This document shows, in pieces, positions 30,306 through 41,700 of a DNA stretch of 64,000 bases. Source of the DNA: the human T2T-CHM13v2.0 reference genome, Homo sapiens; the NCBI RefSeq assembly GCF_009914755.1, contig NC_060945.1; one strand, written 5' to 3'. The notes below the pieces were generated by a model. The model was not told the origin of the DNA, did no database searches, and saw nothing but the letters and a program-made list of their open reading frames with translations. How positions within the stretch are numbered: position 1 is the stretch's first letter; every line of letters starts with the position of its first letter. The position numbers were made by a program, and so were the translations under genes.

Positions 30306-32230
30306 GCCTCAAAGCAGTCCAAATATCCACTTGCAGATTCTACGAAACGAGTGTTTCAAAACTGCTCTATGAAAAGGTATGTTCAAATCTGTGAGTTGAA
30401 TGCACACATCACAAAGAACTTTCTGAGAATGCATCTGTCTAGATTTATGTAAAGATATTCCTGTTTCAAAGAAAACCTAAAAGCAGTCCAAATATCCACT
30501 TGCAGATTCTACGAAAAGAGTGTTTCAAAACTCCTCTATGAAAAGGTATTTTCAACTTTGTGAGTTGAATGCAAACAGCACAAAGAAGTTTCTCAGAATG
30601 CTTCTGTCTGGTTTTTATGTGAAGATATTTTCTTTCTCACCATAGGCCTCAAAGCTCTCCAAATGTCCACTTGCAGATTCTTCAAAAAGAGTGTTTCAAG
30701 ACTGCTCTATGAAAAGAAAGGTTCAAGTGTGTGAGTTGAATGCCCACATCACAAAGAAGTTTCTGAGAATGCTTTTGTCTACTTTTTATTTGAAGATATT
30801 CACATTTCCAACGAAGGCCTGAAAGCATTCCAATTATCCATTTGCATATTCTACCAAAAGAGTTTTCCAAAGCTGCTCTATGTAAAGGTATGTCCGTCTC
30901 TGTGAGTTGAATGCAAACATAACAAATTAGGTACTGAGAATGTTTCTGTCTAGTTTTCATGGGAAGGTATTTCCATTTCCACCATATGCTTCAAAAGTCT
31001 CCAAATGTCCTCTTGCAGATTCTATAAAAACAGTGTTTCAAAACAGCTCTATCAAAAGAAAGGTTCAACTCTATGAGTTGAATGCCCACATCACAAAGGT
31101 GTTTCTGAGAATGCTTCTGTCTAGTTTTTATGTGAAGATATTCCCGTTTCCAACGAGGTCCTTAAAGCAGTCCAAATATCCTCTTGCAGATTCTACAAAA
31201 AGAGTGTTTCAAAACTGCTCTACGAAAAGTTATTTTCAACTCTGTGAGTTGAATGCAAATATCACAAAGATGTTTTTGAGAATGCTTCTGTCCAGTTTTT
31301 ATGTAAAGATATTTCCTTTTCCACTGTAGGCCTCAAAGCTCTCTTGGCTTTGCACTTGCAGATTCTACAAAAAGAATGTTTCAAACTGCTCCTTCAAAAG
31401 AGTGGTTCAGCTCTGTGAGTTGAATGGCCTCATCACAAAGAAGTTTCTGAGAATGCTTCTGTCTAATTTTTATGTTAAGATATTTCTGTTTCCACTGAAG
31501 GCCTCAAAGCAGTCCAAATATCCCCTTGCAGATACTACGAAAAGAGTTTTTCAAAACTGCGCTATGAAAAGGTATTTCATCTCTGTGAGTTGAATGCAAA
31601 CATCACAAAGAAGTTTCTGAAAATGCTTCTGTCTTCTTTTTATGTGAAGGTATATCATTTTCCACCATAGGCCTCAAAGCTTCCCAAATGTCCACTTGCA
31701 GATTCTACAAATGTCTGTTTCAAAACTGCTCTATCAAAAGAAAAGTTCAACTCTCTGAGTTGAATGCACATATCACAAAGAAGTTTCTGAGAATTCTTCT
31801 TTCTAGATTTTATGTGAAGGTATTCCCGTTTCCAACAAAGGCCTCAAATCAGTCCAAATATCCACTTGTGGATTCTACGAAAAGAGTGTTTCAAAACTGC
31901 TCTATGAAAAGGTATGTTCAACTCTGTGAGTTGAATGCAAACATCACAGAGGAGATTCTGAGAATGCTTCTGTCCAGTTTTTATGTGGAGATATTTCCTT
32001 TTCCACCAAAGGCCTCAAAGCTCTCCAAATGACCACTTGCAGATGCTACAAAAACAGTGTTTCAAAACTGTTCTATGAAAATAAAGGTTAACACTGTGAG
32101 TTGAATGCAATCATCACAAAGTAGTTGCTGAGAATGCTTCTGTCTCGTTTTTTTGTGAAGATATTCTCATTTACAGCGAAGGCCTCAAAGCAGTCCAAAT
32201 ATACACTTGCAGATTCTACGAAAAGAGTGT

Positions 32231-35200
32231 TTCAAAACTGCTCTATGTAAAGTTATGTTCACCTCTCTTAGTTGAATGCAAACATCACAAAGAAGTTTCT
32301 GAGAATTTTTCTATCTAGTTTTTATGTGAGGATATTTCCTTTTCCACTGTAGGCCTCAAAGCTCTCCAAATGTCCACTTGCAGATTGTACAAAGTGAGTG
32401 CTTCAAAACTGCTCTATCAAAAGAAAGGTTCAAATCTCTGAGTTGAATGCCCACATCAAAAAGTTTTTTCTGAGAATGCTTCTATCTAGTTTTTATATGA
32501 AGATATTCCCGTTTCCAACGTAGTCCTTAAAGTAGTCCAAATATCCAATTGCAGATTAAACGAAAAGGGTGTTTCAAAACTGCTCTATGAAATGTTATGT
32601 TCATCTCTGTGTTGGTTGAATGCAAACATCACAAAGAACGTTCTGAAAATGCTTCTGTTTCGTTTTTATGTGAAGATTTTCCCATTTCCAACGAAGGTCT
32701 CAAAGCCGTCCACATATCCATTTGCAGATTCTACGAAAAGTGTGTTTCGAAACTTCTCTATGAAAAGGTGTGTTTAATTCTGTGAGTTGAATGCAACCAT
32801 CACAAAGAAGTTTCTGAGAATCCTCCTGTCTAATTTTTATGTGAAGATATTCCCTTTTCCAACCAAGGCCTTAAAGCAGTCCAAATATCCATTTGCAGTT
32901 TCTACGAAAAGAATGTCTCAAATCTGCTCTATGATAAGGTACTTTCAACTCTGTGAGTTGAATGCGCACATCACAAAGAAGTTTCTGAGAATGCTTATGT
33001 CTAGTTTTTATGTGAAGATATTCCCATTTCCATCGAAGGCCTCAAAGCTGTCCAAATACACACTTGCAGATTCCACGAAAAGAGTGTTTCAAATCTGAGA
33101 TACGACAACGTATGTTCAACTCTTTGTGTTGAACGTAAACATCACAAAGAGGTTTCTAAGAATGCTTCTGTCTAGCTTTTATGTGAAAATATTTCCTTTT
33201 CCACCTTAGGCCTCAAATCTTTCCAAATGTCCACTTGCAGATTCTACTAAAAGGGTGTTTCAAAACTTCTCTACCAAAAGAAAGGTTCAACTCTGTGAGT
33301 GGAATGCACACATCACAAATAAGTTTCTGAGAATGCTTCTGTCTCATTTTTAAGTGAAGATATTCCCGTTTCCAATGAAATCCTCAAGGCAGTCCAAATA
33401 TCCACTTGCAGATTCTACAAAAAGAGTGTTTCAAAACTGCTCTATGAAAAGATATGTTCAACTCTGTGAGTTGAGTGAAAATATCACAAAGAAGTTTCTG
33501 AGAATGCTTCTGTCTAGTTTTTATGTGAAGATATTTCCTTTTCCAATGTAGGCCTCAAAGCTTTCCGAATGTCCACTTACAGATTCTGCAAAAGAGTGTT
33601 TCAAATCTACTCTCTCAAAAGAAAATTTCAACTCTGTGAGTTGAAGACGCACATCACAAAGCAGTTTTTGAGAATCCTTCGGTCTAGTTTTTATGTGAAG
33701 ATATTCCCGTTTCCAATGAAGGCCTAAAATTAGTCCAAATATCCAATTGTAGATGCTACGAAAAGAGTATTTCAAAACTGCTTTGTGAAAAGGTATGTTC
33801 AACTCCTTGAGTTGAATGCCAACATCACAAACAAATTTCTGAGAATGCTTCTGTCCAGTTTTCTTGTGAAGATATTTCCTTTTCCACCATAGGCCTCAAA
33901 GATCTCCAAATGTCCACTTGCAGATTCTACAAAAAGAGTGTTTCAAAACTGCTCTATCAAAGAAAGGTTCAACTCTGTGAGTTGAATGCACACATCAAAA
34001 AGCAGTTCCTCAGAATGCTTCTGTGTTGTTTTTATGTGAAGGTATTTCGTTTTTCACCATAGGCCTCAAAACGCTACAAATGTCCACTTGCAGTTTCCAC
34101 AAAAAGAGTGAATCAAAACTGCTCTATCAAAAGAACGGTTCAACTCTGTGAGTTGAATGCACACATCACAAAGAAGATTCTGAGAATGTTTCTGTCTAGT
34201 TCTTGTGAAGATATCCCTTTTCCATCAAAGGCCTCAAAGCGGTCCAATTATACACTTGCAAATTCTACAAAAAGAGTGTTTCAAAACTGCTCTATGAAAA
34301 GGAATTTTCAACTTTGTGAGTTGAGTGCACACATCACAAAGAAGTTTCTGAGAATACTGCTGTGTTGTTTTTAGGTGAAGATGTTTCCTTTTTCACCACA
34401 GGCCACAAAGCGCTCCAAATATCCACTTGCAGATTGTACAAAAAAAGTGTTTCAAAGCTGCTCTATCAAAAAAAAGCTTCAACTCTCTGAGTTGAGTGCA
34501 TCCATCCCAAAGAAGTTTCTGAGAATGCTTCTGTCTAGTTTTTATGTGAAGATATTTCCTTTTTCACCATAGGCCTCAAAGCATTACAAATGTCCAATTG
34601 CAGATATTACAAAAAGAGTGTTTCAAAACTGCTCTATCAATAGAAAGGTTCAACTCTGAGAATTGAATGCACACATCACAAAGAAGTTTCTGAGAATGTT
34701 TCTGTCAAGTTTTCTTGAAGATATCTCGTTTCCAACGAAGTTCTCAAAGCGGTCCAAATATCCACTTGCAAATTCTACAAAAAGAGTGTTTCAAAATTGC
34801 TCTATGAAAAGGAGTGTTCCACTCTGTGAGTTGAAAGGAAACAACACAAAGAAGTTTCTGAGAATGCTTCTGTGTAGTTTTTATGTGAAGATATTTCCTT
34901 TTTCACCATTGGCCTCAAAGCCCTCCAAAAGTCCAGTTGCAGATTCTACAAAAAGGTAGTTTCAAAACTGCTCTATCAAAGGAAAGGTTCAACTCTGTGG
35001 ATTGAATGCACACATTACAAAGAAGTTTCTGAGAATGCTTCTGTCTAGTTTTTATGTGAAGATACTTCGTTTTTCACCATAGACTTCAAAGTGCCCTAAA
35101 TGTCCACTTGCAGGTTCTCCAAAAAGAGTGCTTCAAATCTCCTCTATCAAAAGAAAGTTTCAACTCTCTGAGTTGAATGCACACATTACAAAATTATCTG

Positions 35201-38200
35201 AGAATGCTTCTGTGAAGTATTTATGAGAAGATATTTCCTTTTTCACCATAGGCCTGAAGGAGCACCAAATGTTCACTTGCAGATTCTATATAAAGAGTGT
35301 TTCAAAACTGCTCTATCAAAAGAAAGGTTCAACTCTGAGTTGAACGAACACATCACCAATAAATTTCTGATAATTATTCCATCCACTTTTTATGTGAAGG
35401 TATCCCCTTTCCAATGACTTCCTCAAAGCGGTCCAAATATCCACTTACACATTCTACAAAAAGAGTGTTTCAAAACTGCTCTATTAAAAGAAAGTTTCAA
35501 CTCTGTGAGGTGAATGTACACATCACAAAGAAGTTTCTGAGAATGCTTCTGCCTAGTTTTTATGTGAAAATATTTTCTTTTTCACCATAGGCTTCAAAGC
35601 ACTCCAATTGTCCACTTGCAAATAGTTTAAAAAGAGTGTTTCAAAATTGCTCTATCAAAAGAAAGGTTGAACTCTGTGGGTTGAATGCACACATCACAAA
35701 GAAGTTTGTGAGAATGCTTCTGTCTAGTTTTTATGTGAAGATACTTCGTTTTTCACTATAGGCCCCAAAGGGCTCCAAATGTCCAGTTGCAGATTCTACA
35801 AAGAGAGTGTTTCAAATCTGCTCTATCAAAAGAAAGGTTCAACTCTGTGAGTTGAATGCACACATCACAAGGAAGATTCTGAGAATGCTTCTGTCTAGTT
35901 TTTATGTGAAGATAGTTCCTTTTACACCTTAGGCCTCAAGGAGCTCCAAATGTCCACTTGCAGATTCTACAAAAGGAATGTTTCAAAACTGCTCTATCAA
36001 AAGCAAGGTTCAATTCTTTGAGATGAACGCACACATCACAAAGGAGTTTCTGGGAATGCTTCTGTCTAGTTTTTAAGTGAAGATGTTCCTTTTCCAATGA
36101 AGGCCTCAAAGCCGTCCAAATATCCACTTGCAAATTCTTCAAAAAGAGTGTTTCAAAACTGCTCAATGAAAAGGAATGTTCAACTCTGTGAGTTGAAAGC
36201 AAACGTCACAAAGAAGTTACTGAGAATGCTTCTGTTTAGTTTTTATGTGAAGATATTTCCTTTTTCACCATAGGCTTCAAAGCGCTCCAAATGTCCACTT
36301 TCAGATTCTACAAAAAAAGTGTTTCAAAACTGCTGTATGAAAAGAAAAGTTGAATTCTCTGAGTTGAATGCACACATCTGAAAAATGTTTATGAGAATGC
36401 TTCTGTGAAGTTTTTATGTGAAGATATTTCCTTTTTCACTGTAGGTATCAAAGAGCTCCAAACGTCCACTTGCGGATTCTACAAAAAGAGTGTTTCAAAA
36501 CTGCTCTATCAAAAGAAATGTTCAATTCTGTGAGTTGAATGCACACATCACAAAGAAGTTCCTGAGAATGCTTCTGGGTAGTTTTTGTGTGAAGATATTT
36601 CCTTTTTCACCATAGGATTCAAAGCGTTCCAAATGTCCACTTGCAGATTCTACAAAAAATGTGTTTCAAAATTGCCCTATCAAAAGAAAGGCTCAACTCT
36701 GTGAGTTGAATGCATACATTCCAAGGAAGATTCTGAGAATGCTTCTGTCTAGTTTTTATGTGAAGATATTTCCTTTGTCACTTCAGGCCTCAAAGTGCAC
36801 CAAATGTCCACTTGCAGATACTACAAAAAGAATGTTTCCAAACTGCACTATCAGAAGAACGGTTTAACTCTGATAGTTGAATGCACACATCACAAAGAAG
36901 TTTCTGAGAATGCTTCTGTCTAGTTTTTGTGAAGATATCCCAATTCTCAAGAATGCCTCAAAGTGGTCAAAATACCCACTTGTAAATTCTACAAAAAGAG
37001 TGCTTCAAAACTGCTGTATGAAAAGGAATGTTCAACTCTGTGAGTTGAATGCAACCAACACAAAGAAGTTTCTGAGAATGCTTCTGTGTAGTTTTTAGGT
37101 AAAGATATTTCCTTTTTCACCATAGGCCTCAAAGTGCTCCAAATGTCCAGTTGCAGATATTTCAAAAAGATTGTTTCAAAACTACTCTATCAAAAGAAAG
37201 GTTCAACTCTGTGAGTTGAATGCACACAGCACAAAGAAGTTTCTGGGAATGCTTCTGTCTAGTTTTTATGTGAAGATATTTCCTTTTTCACCATTAGCCT
37301 CAAAGCACTCAAATGTCCACTTGCAGATTCTAAAAAAAAGAGTGTTTCAAAACTTCTCTATCAAAAGAAAGGTTCAAAACTTTGAGTTGAATGCACACAT
37401 CCCAAAGAAGTTTCTGGCAATGCCTCTTTCTAGTTTTTATGTGAAGATATTCCTTTTCCAATGAAGGTCTCCAAGCCGTCCAAATATTCAATTGCAAATT
37501 CTACAAAAATAGTGTTTCAAAACTGCTCTATGAAAAGCAATGTTCAACTTGTGAGTTGAAAGCAAACATCACAAAGAATTTTCTGAGAATCCTTCTGTGT
37601 AGTTTTAATGTGAAGATGTTTCCTTTTTCACCATAGGCTTCAAAGTGCTTCAAATGTCTACTTGCAGATTCTACAAAAAGAGTGTTTCAAAACTCCTCTA
37701 TCAAAAGAAAGGTTCAACCTTTTGAGTTGAATCCACACCCCACAAAGAAGTTAATGGGAATGCTTCTGTCTAGTTTTTGTGAAGATATCCCTTTTCCAAC
37801 GAAGTCCTCATATTGGTCCAAATATACACTTGCAAATTCGACAAAAAGAGTGTTTCAAAACTGCTTTATGAAAACGAATGTTCAACTCTGTTAGTTGAAA
37901 GTGAACAACACAGGAAGTTTCTCAGAATGCTTCTGTGTAGTTGTTATGTCAACATATTTCCTTTTTCACCATAGCCCTCAAAGCACTCCAAATGTCCCCT
38001 TGCAGATTCTACAAAAAGAGGGTTTCAAAACTGCTCTATCAAAGAAGGCTTCAAAGCTGTACAAATATCCACTTGCAAATTCTACAAAAAGTGTTTTTCA
38101 AAACTGCTCAATGAAAAGGAATGTTCACCTCTCTGAGTTGAAAGCAAAACACACAAAGAAGATTCTGAGAATGCTTCTGTCTGGTTTTTATGTGAAGATA

Positions 38201-38725
38201 TTTCCTTTTTCACCATAGGCCTCAAAGCACTCCAAATGTCCACTTGCAGATTGAAAAAAAAAAGAGTGTTTCAAAACTGCTCTATCAAAAGAACGGTTCA
38301 AGTCTGTGAGTTGAATTCACACATCAAAAAGAAGTTTCTGAGAATGCTTCTATATATTTTTTGTGAAGATATCACATTTCTAATGAAGGCCTCAAAGCGA
38401 TCCAAATATGCACTTGCAAATTCTTCAAAAAGAGTGTTTCAAACATCTCAATGAAAAGAAATGTTCAGATCCGTGTCTTGAATGCACACATCACAAAGAA
38501 GTTTGTGAGAATTGTTCTGTCTAGTTTTTATGTGAAGATACTTCGTTTTTCACTATAGGACCCAAAGGGCTCCAAATGTCCAGTTGCAGATCCTACAAAG
38601 AGAGTGTTTCAAAACTGCTCTATCAAAAGAAAGGTTCAACTCTGTGAGTTGAATGCACACATCAAAAGGAAGATTCTGAGAATGCTTCTGTCTAGTTTTT
38701 GTGTGAAGATATTTCCTTTTTCACC
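32231..38725 (-). repeat. Diverged, largely monomeric alpha satellite, reverse orientation
   Basis: The 171-bp periodicity continues without near-identical units. From ~34 kb the boxes shift to CCTTTTTCACCATAG and degenerate GATATCCC...-type variants. Confidence 0.92.
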
Positions 38726-41700
38726 TTTTTCACTCCATTCCACTCGAGTTGATGCCATTCCATATCATTGCACTCGAGGCTACTTCATTCCATTCCATTC
38801 CAATCCATTCTTTTCGTGTCCATTCAATTCAAATGCATTCCATTCCATTCCATTCCATTCCATTCCATTCCATTCCATTCCATTTTACTCGAGTTGATTC
38901 CATTCCATTCTATTGCATTCCATTCCAATCCATTCCATTCCATTCCATTCCACTCCAGTTGATTCCATTCAATTCTATTGCATTGGAGGCCAGTTCATTC
39001 CATTCCATTCCTTTCCATTCTAATGCATTCCATTTCATTCCCTTCCAACCCATTCCATTCCATTCCATTCCATTCCATTCCATTCCACTTGACTCCATAC
39101 CATTTCATTCTATAGCATTCCATTCCATTCCATTCCATTCCATTTCACTCCATTCCACTCGAGATGATTCCATTGCATTCTATTGCATTTGAGGCCACTC
39201 CTTTCCATTCCATTCCATTCCATTCTCTTCGGGTCCATTCAATTCAAATGCATTCCATTCCATTCCATTCCAGTCGAGGTGATTCCATTCCATTCTATTG
39301 CATTCCATTCCATTCCATTGCATTCCATTCCATTCCATTGCATTCCATTCCATTCCATTCCATTCCATTCCATTCCACTCGAGTTGATTCCATTCCATTC
39401 TAATGCATTCCATTCCATTCCATTCCATTCCAACCCATTCCATTCCATTCCACTCGACTTGATTCCATTCCATTATATTGCATTCGAGGCCACTTCATTC
39501 GATTCCATTCATTTCCATTCAATTCTTTTCGTGTCCATTCAAGTCACATGCATTCCATTCCATTGCATTCCATTCCATTCCGTTCGAATCCATTCCATTC
39601 CATTCCATTCCACTCAAGTGGATTCCATTCCATTCCATTCCATTCCATTGTATTCCATTCCATTTCACTGCATTCCATTCCATTCCATTCCATTGCATTC
39701 CATTCTGTTCCAGGTGAATTGATTCCATTCCATTCCATTCCATTCCATTCCATTCCATTCCATTGCATTCCATTCCATTCCACTGCAGTTGATACCATTC
39801 CATTCTATTGCATTTCATTCCATTCCATTCCATTCCATTCTATTCCATTCCATTCCATTCTATTCCATTCCATTCCATTCCATTCCGTTCCATTTCACTC
39901 CATTCCACTCAAGATGATTCCGTTGCAATCTAATCTATTGCATTCGAGGCCACTTCATTCCATTCCATTCCATTCCATTCTCTTCAGGTCCATTCAATTC
40001 AAATGCATTCCATTCCATTCCATTCCAGTCAACTCGAGTTGATTCCATTCCATTCTATTGCATTGTACTGCATTCCATTCCATTCCATTCCATTCCATTC
40101 CATTCCATTCCATTACATTACATTCCATTCCACTCGAGTTGATTCCATTCCACTTTATAGCATTCCATGCCATTCCATTCCATTCCATTCCATTCCACTC
40201 GAGCTGATACCATTCCATTCTATTGAATTCCATCCCATTCCATTCCATTCCATTCAATTCCACTCCATTCCATTCGAGATGATTCCATTGCAATCTATTG
40301 CATTCGAGTCCACTTAATTCCATTCCATTCCATTCCATTCCATTCCATTCCATTCCATTCCATTCCATTCTCCTGGGTCCATTCAATTCAATTGCATTCG
40401 ATTCAATTCCATTCCATTCCATTCCATTCCATTCAACTCGAGGTGATTCTGTTCCATTCTATAGCATTCCATTCTGTTCCATTCCACACCATTTCATTCC
40501 ATTACATTCCATTACATTCATTCCATTCCAATCCATTCCATTCCACTCCATTTCATTCCATTTCATTCCACTCCATTCCATTCCATTCCATTCCATTCCA
40601 TTCCACTCCATTCCATTCCATTCCATTCCATTCCATTCCATTCCACTCGAGTTGATTCCATTCCATTCTATTGCATTCCATTCCATTCCATTCAATTCCA
40701 TTTCACTACATTCCACTTGAGATGATTCTATTGCAATCTATTGCAGTCGAGGCCACTTCATTCCATTCCACTCCATTCCATTCTCTTCGGGTCCATTCAA
40801 TTAAAATGCTTTCCATTCCATTCCATTCCATTCCATTCCATTCCATTCAACTCGAGTTGATTCCATTCCATTCTATTGCATTCCATTCCATTCCGTTCCA
40901 TTCCATTCCTTTCCATTCCATTGCATTCCATGCCATACCACTCGAGATGATTCCATTCCAATCTATTGCATTCCATGCCATTCCTTTCCATTCCATTCCA
41001 TTCCATTCCACTCGAGATACCATTCCATTCCTTTGCAGTCCATTCCATTCCACTCGAGATACCATTCCATTCCTTTGCATTCCACTAGAGATGATTCCAT
41101 TCCATTCTATTGCATTCGAAGCCACTTCATTCCATTCCATTCCATTCCAATCTCTTCAGGTCCATTCAATTCAAATGCATTCCATTCCACTCCATCCCAT
41201 TCCATTCCAATCCATTCCATACCATTCCATTCGAGTTGATTCCATTTCATTCTAATGCATTCCATTCCATTCTGTTCCATTCCATTCTATTCCACTCGAA
41301 TTGATTCCATTCCATTCTATTGCATTCCATTCCATTCCATTCCATTCCATTCCATTCCATTCTCTTCCATTCCATTCAACTCCATTCCATTCCACTTGAG
41401 TTGATTCCATTCCATTCTATTGCATTCCATTCCATTCCATTCTATTCCATTCCACTCGAGTTGATACCATTCCATTCAATTGCATTGAATTTCATTCCAT
41501 TCCATTCTGTTCCATTCCATTCCAATCCACTCGAGTTGATTCCATTCCACTCTAATGCATTCCATTCCATTCCATTCCATTCCATTCCATTCCATTCCAT
41601 TCCATTCCATTCCATTCCATTCCAATCGAGTTGATTCCATTTCATTCTATTGCATTGCATTCCATTCCATTCCATTCTATTCCATTACACTCGATTTGAT

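Larger units (their letters stand above)
16350..32230 (-). repeat. Small alpha-satellite higher-order repeat array, four full units plus a partial one
   Basis: The unique marker TCTTGGCTTTGCAC occurs at 16481, 20750, 24507, 27926 and 31342. Spacings are 4269, 3757, 3419 and 3416 bp (25, 22, 20 and 20 monomers). Equivalent monomers in different units are nearly identical. Edges are approximate. Confidence 0.93.

Noticed and set aside
16350-32230. Regularly repeated conserved motifs resembling a CRISPR array next to a reverse transcriptase
   Set aside because: The intervening sequences are themselves homologous satellite rather than unique spacers, there are no cas genes, and the RT is ordinary LINE-1 ORF2. 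It is not a retron, DGR or RT-CRISPR system.
11623-38600. Recurrent ORFs such as KKFLRMLLSSFYVKIFPF (up to 258 aa)
   Set aside because: These are translations of alpha satellite. Because 171 is divisible by 3, frames persist across monomers. They are useful only as repeat markers.
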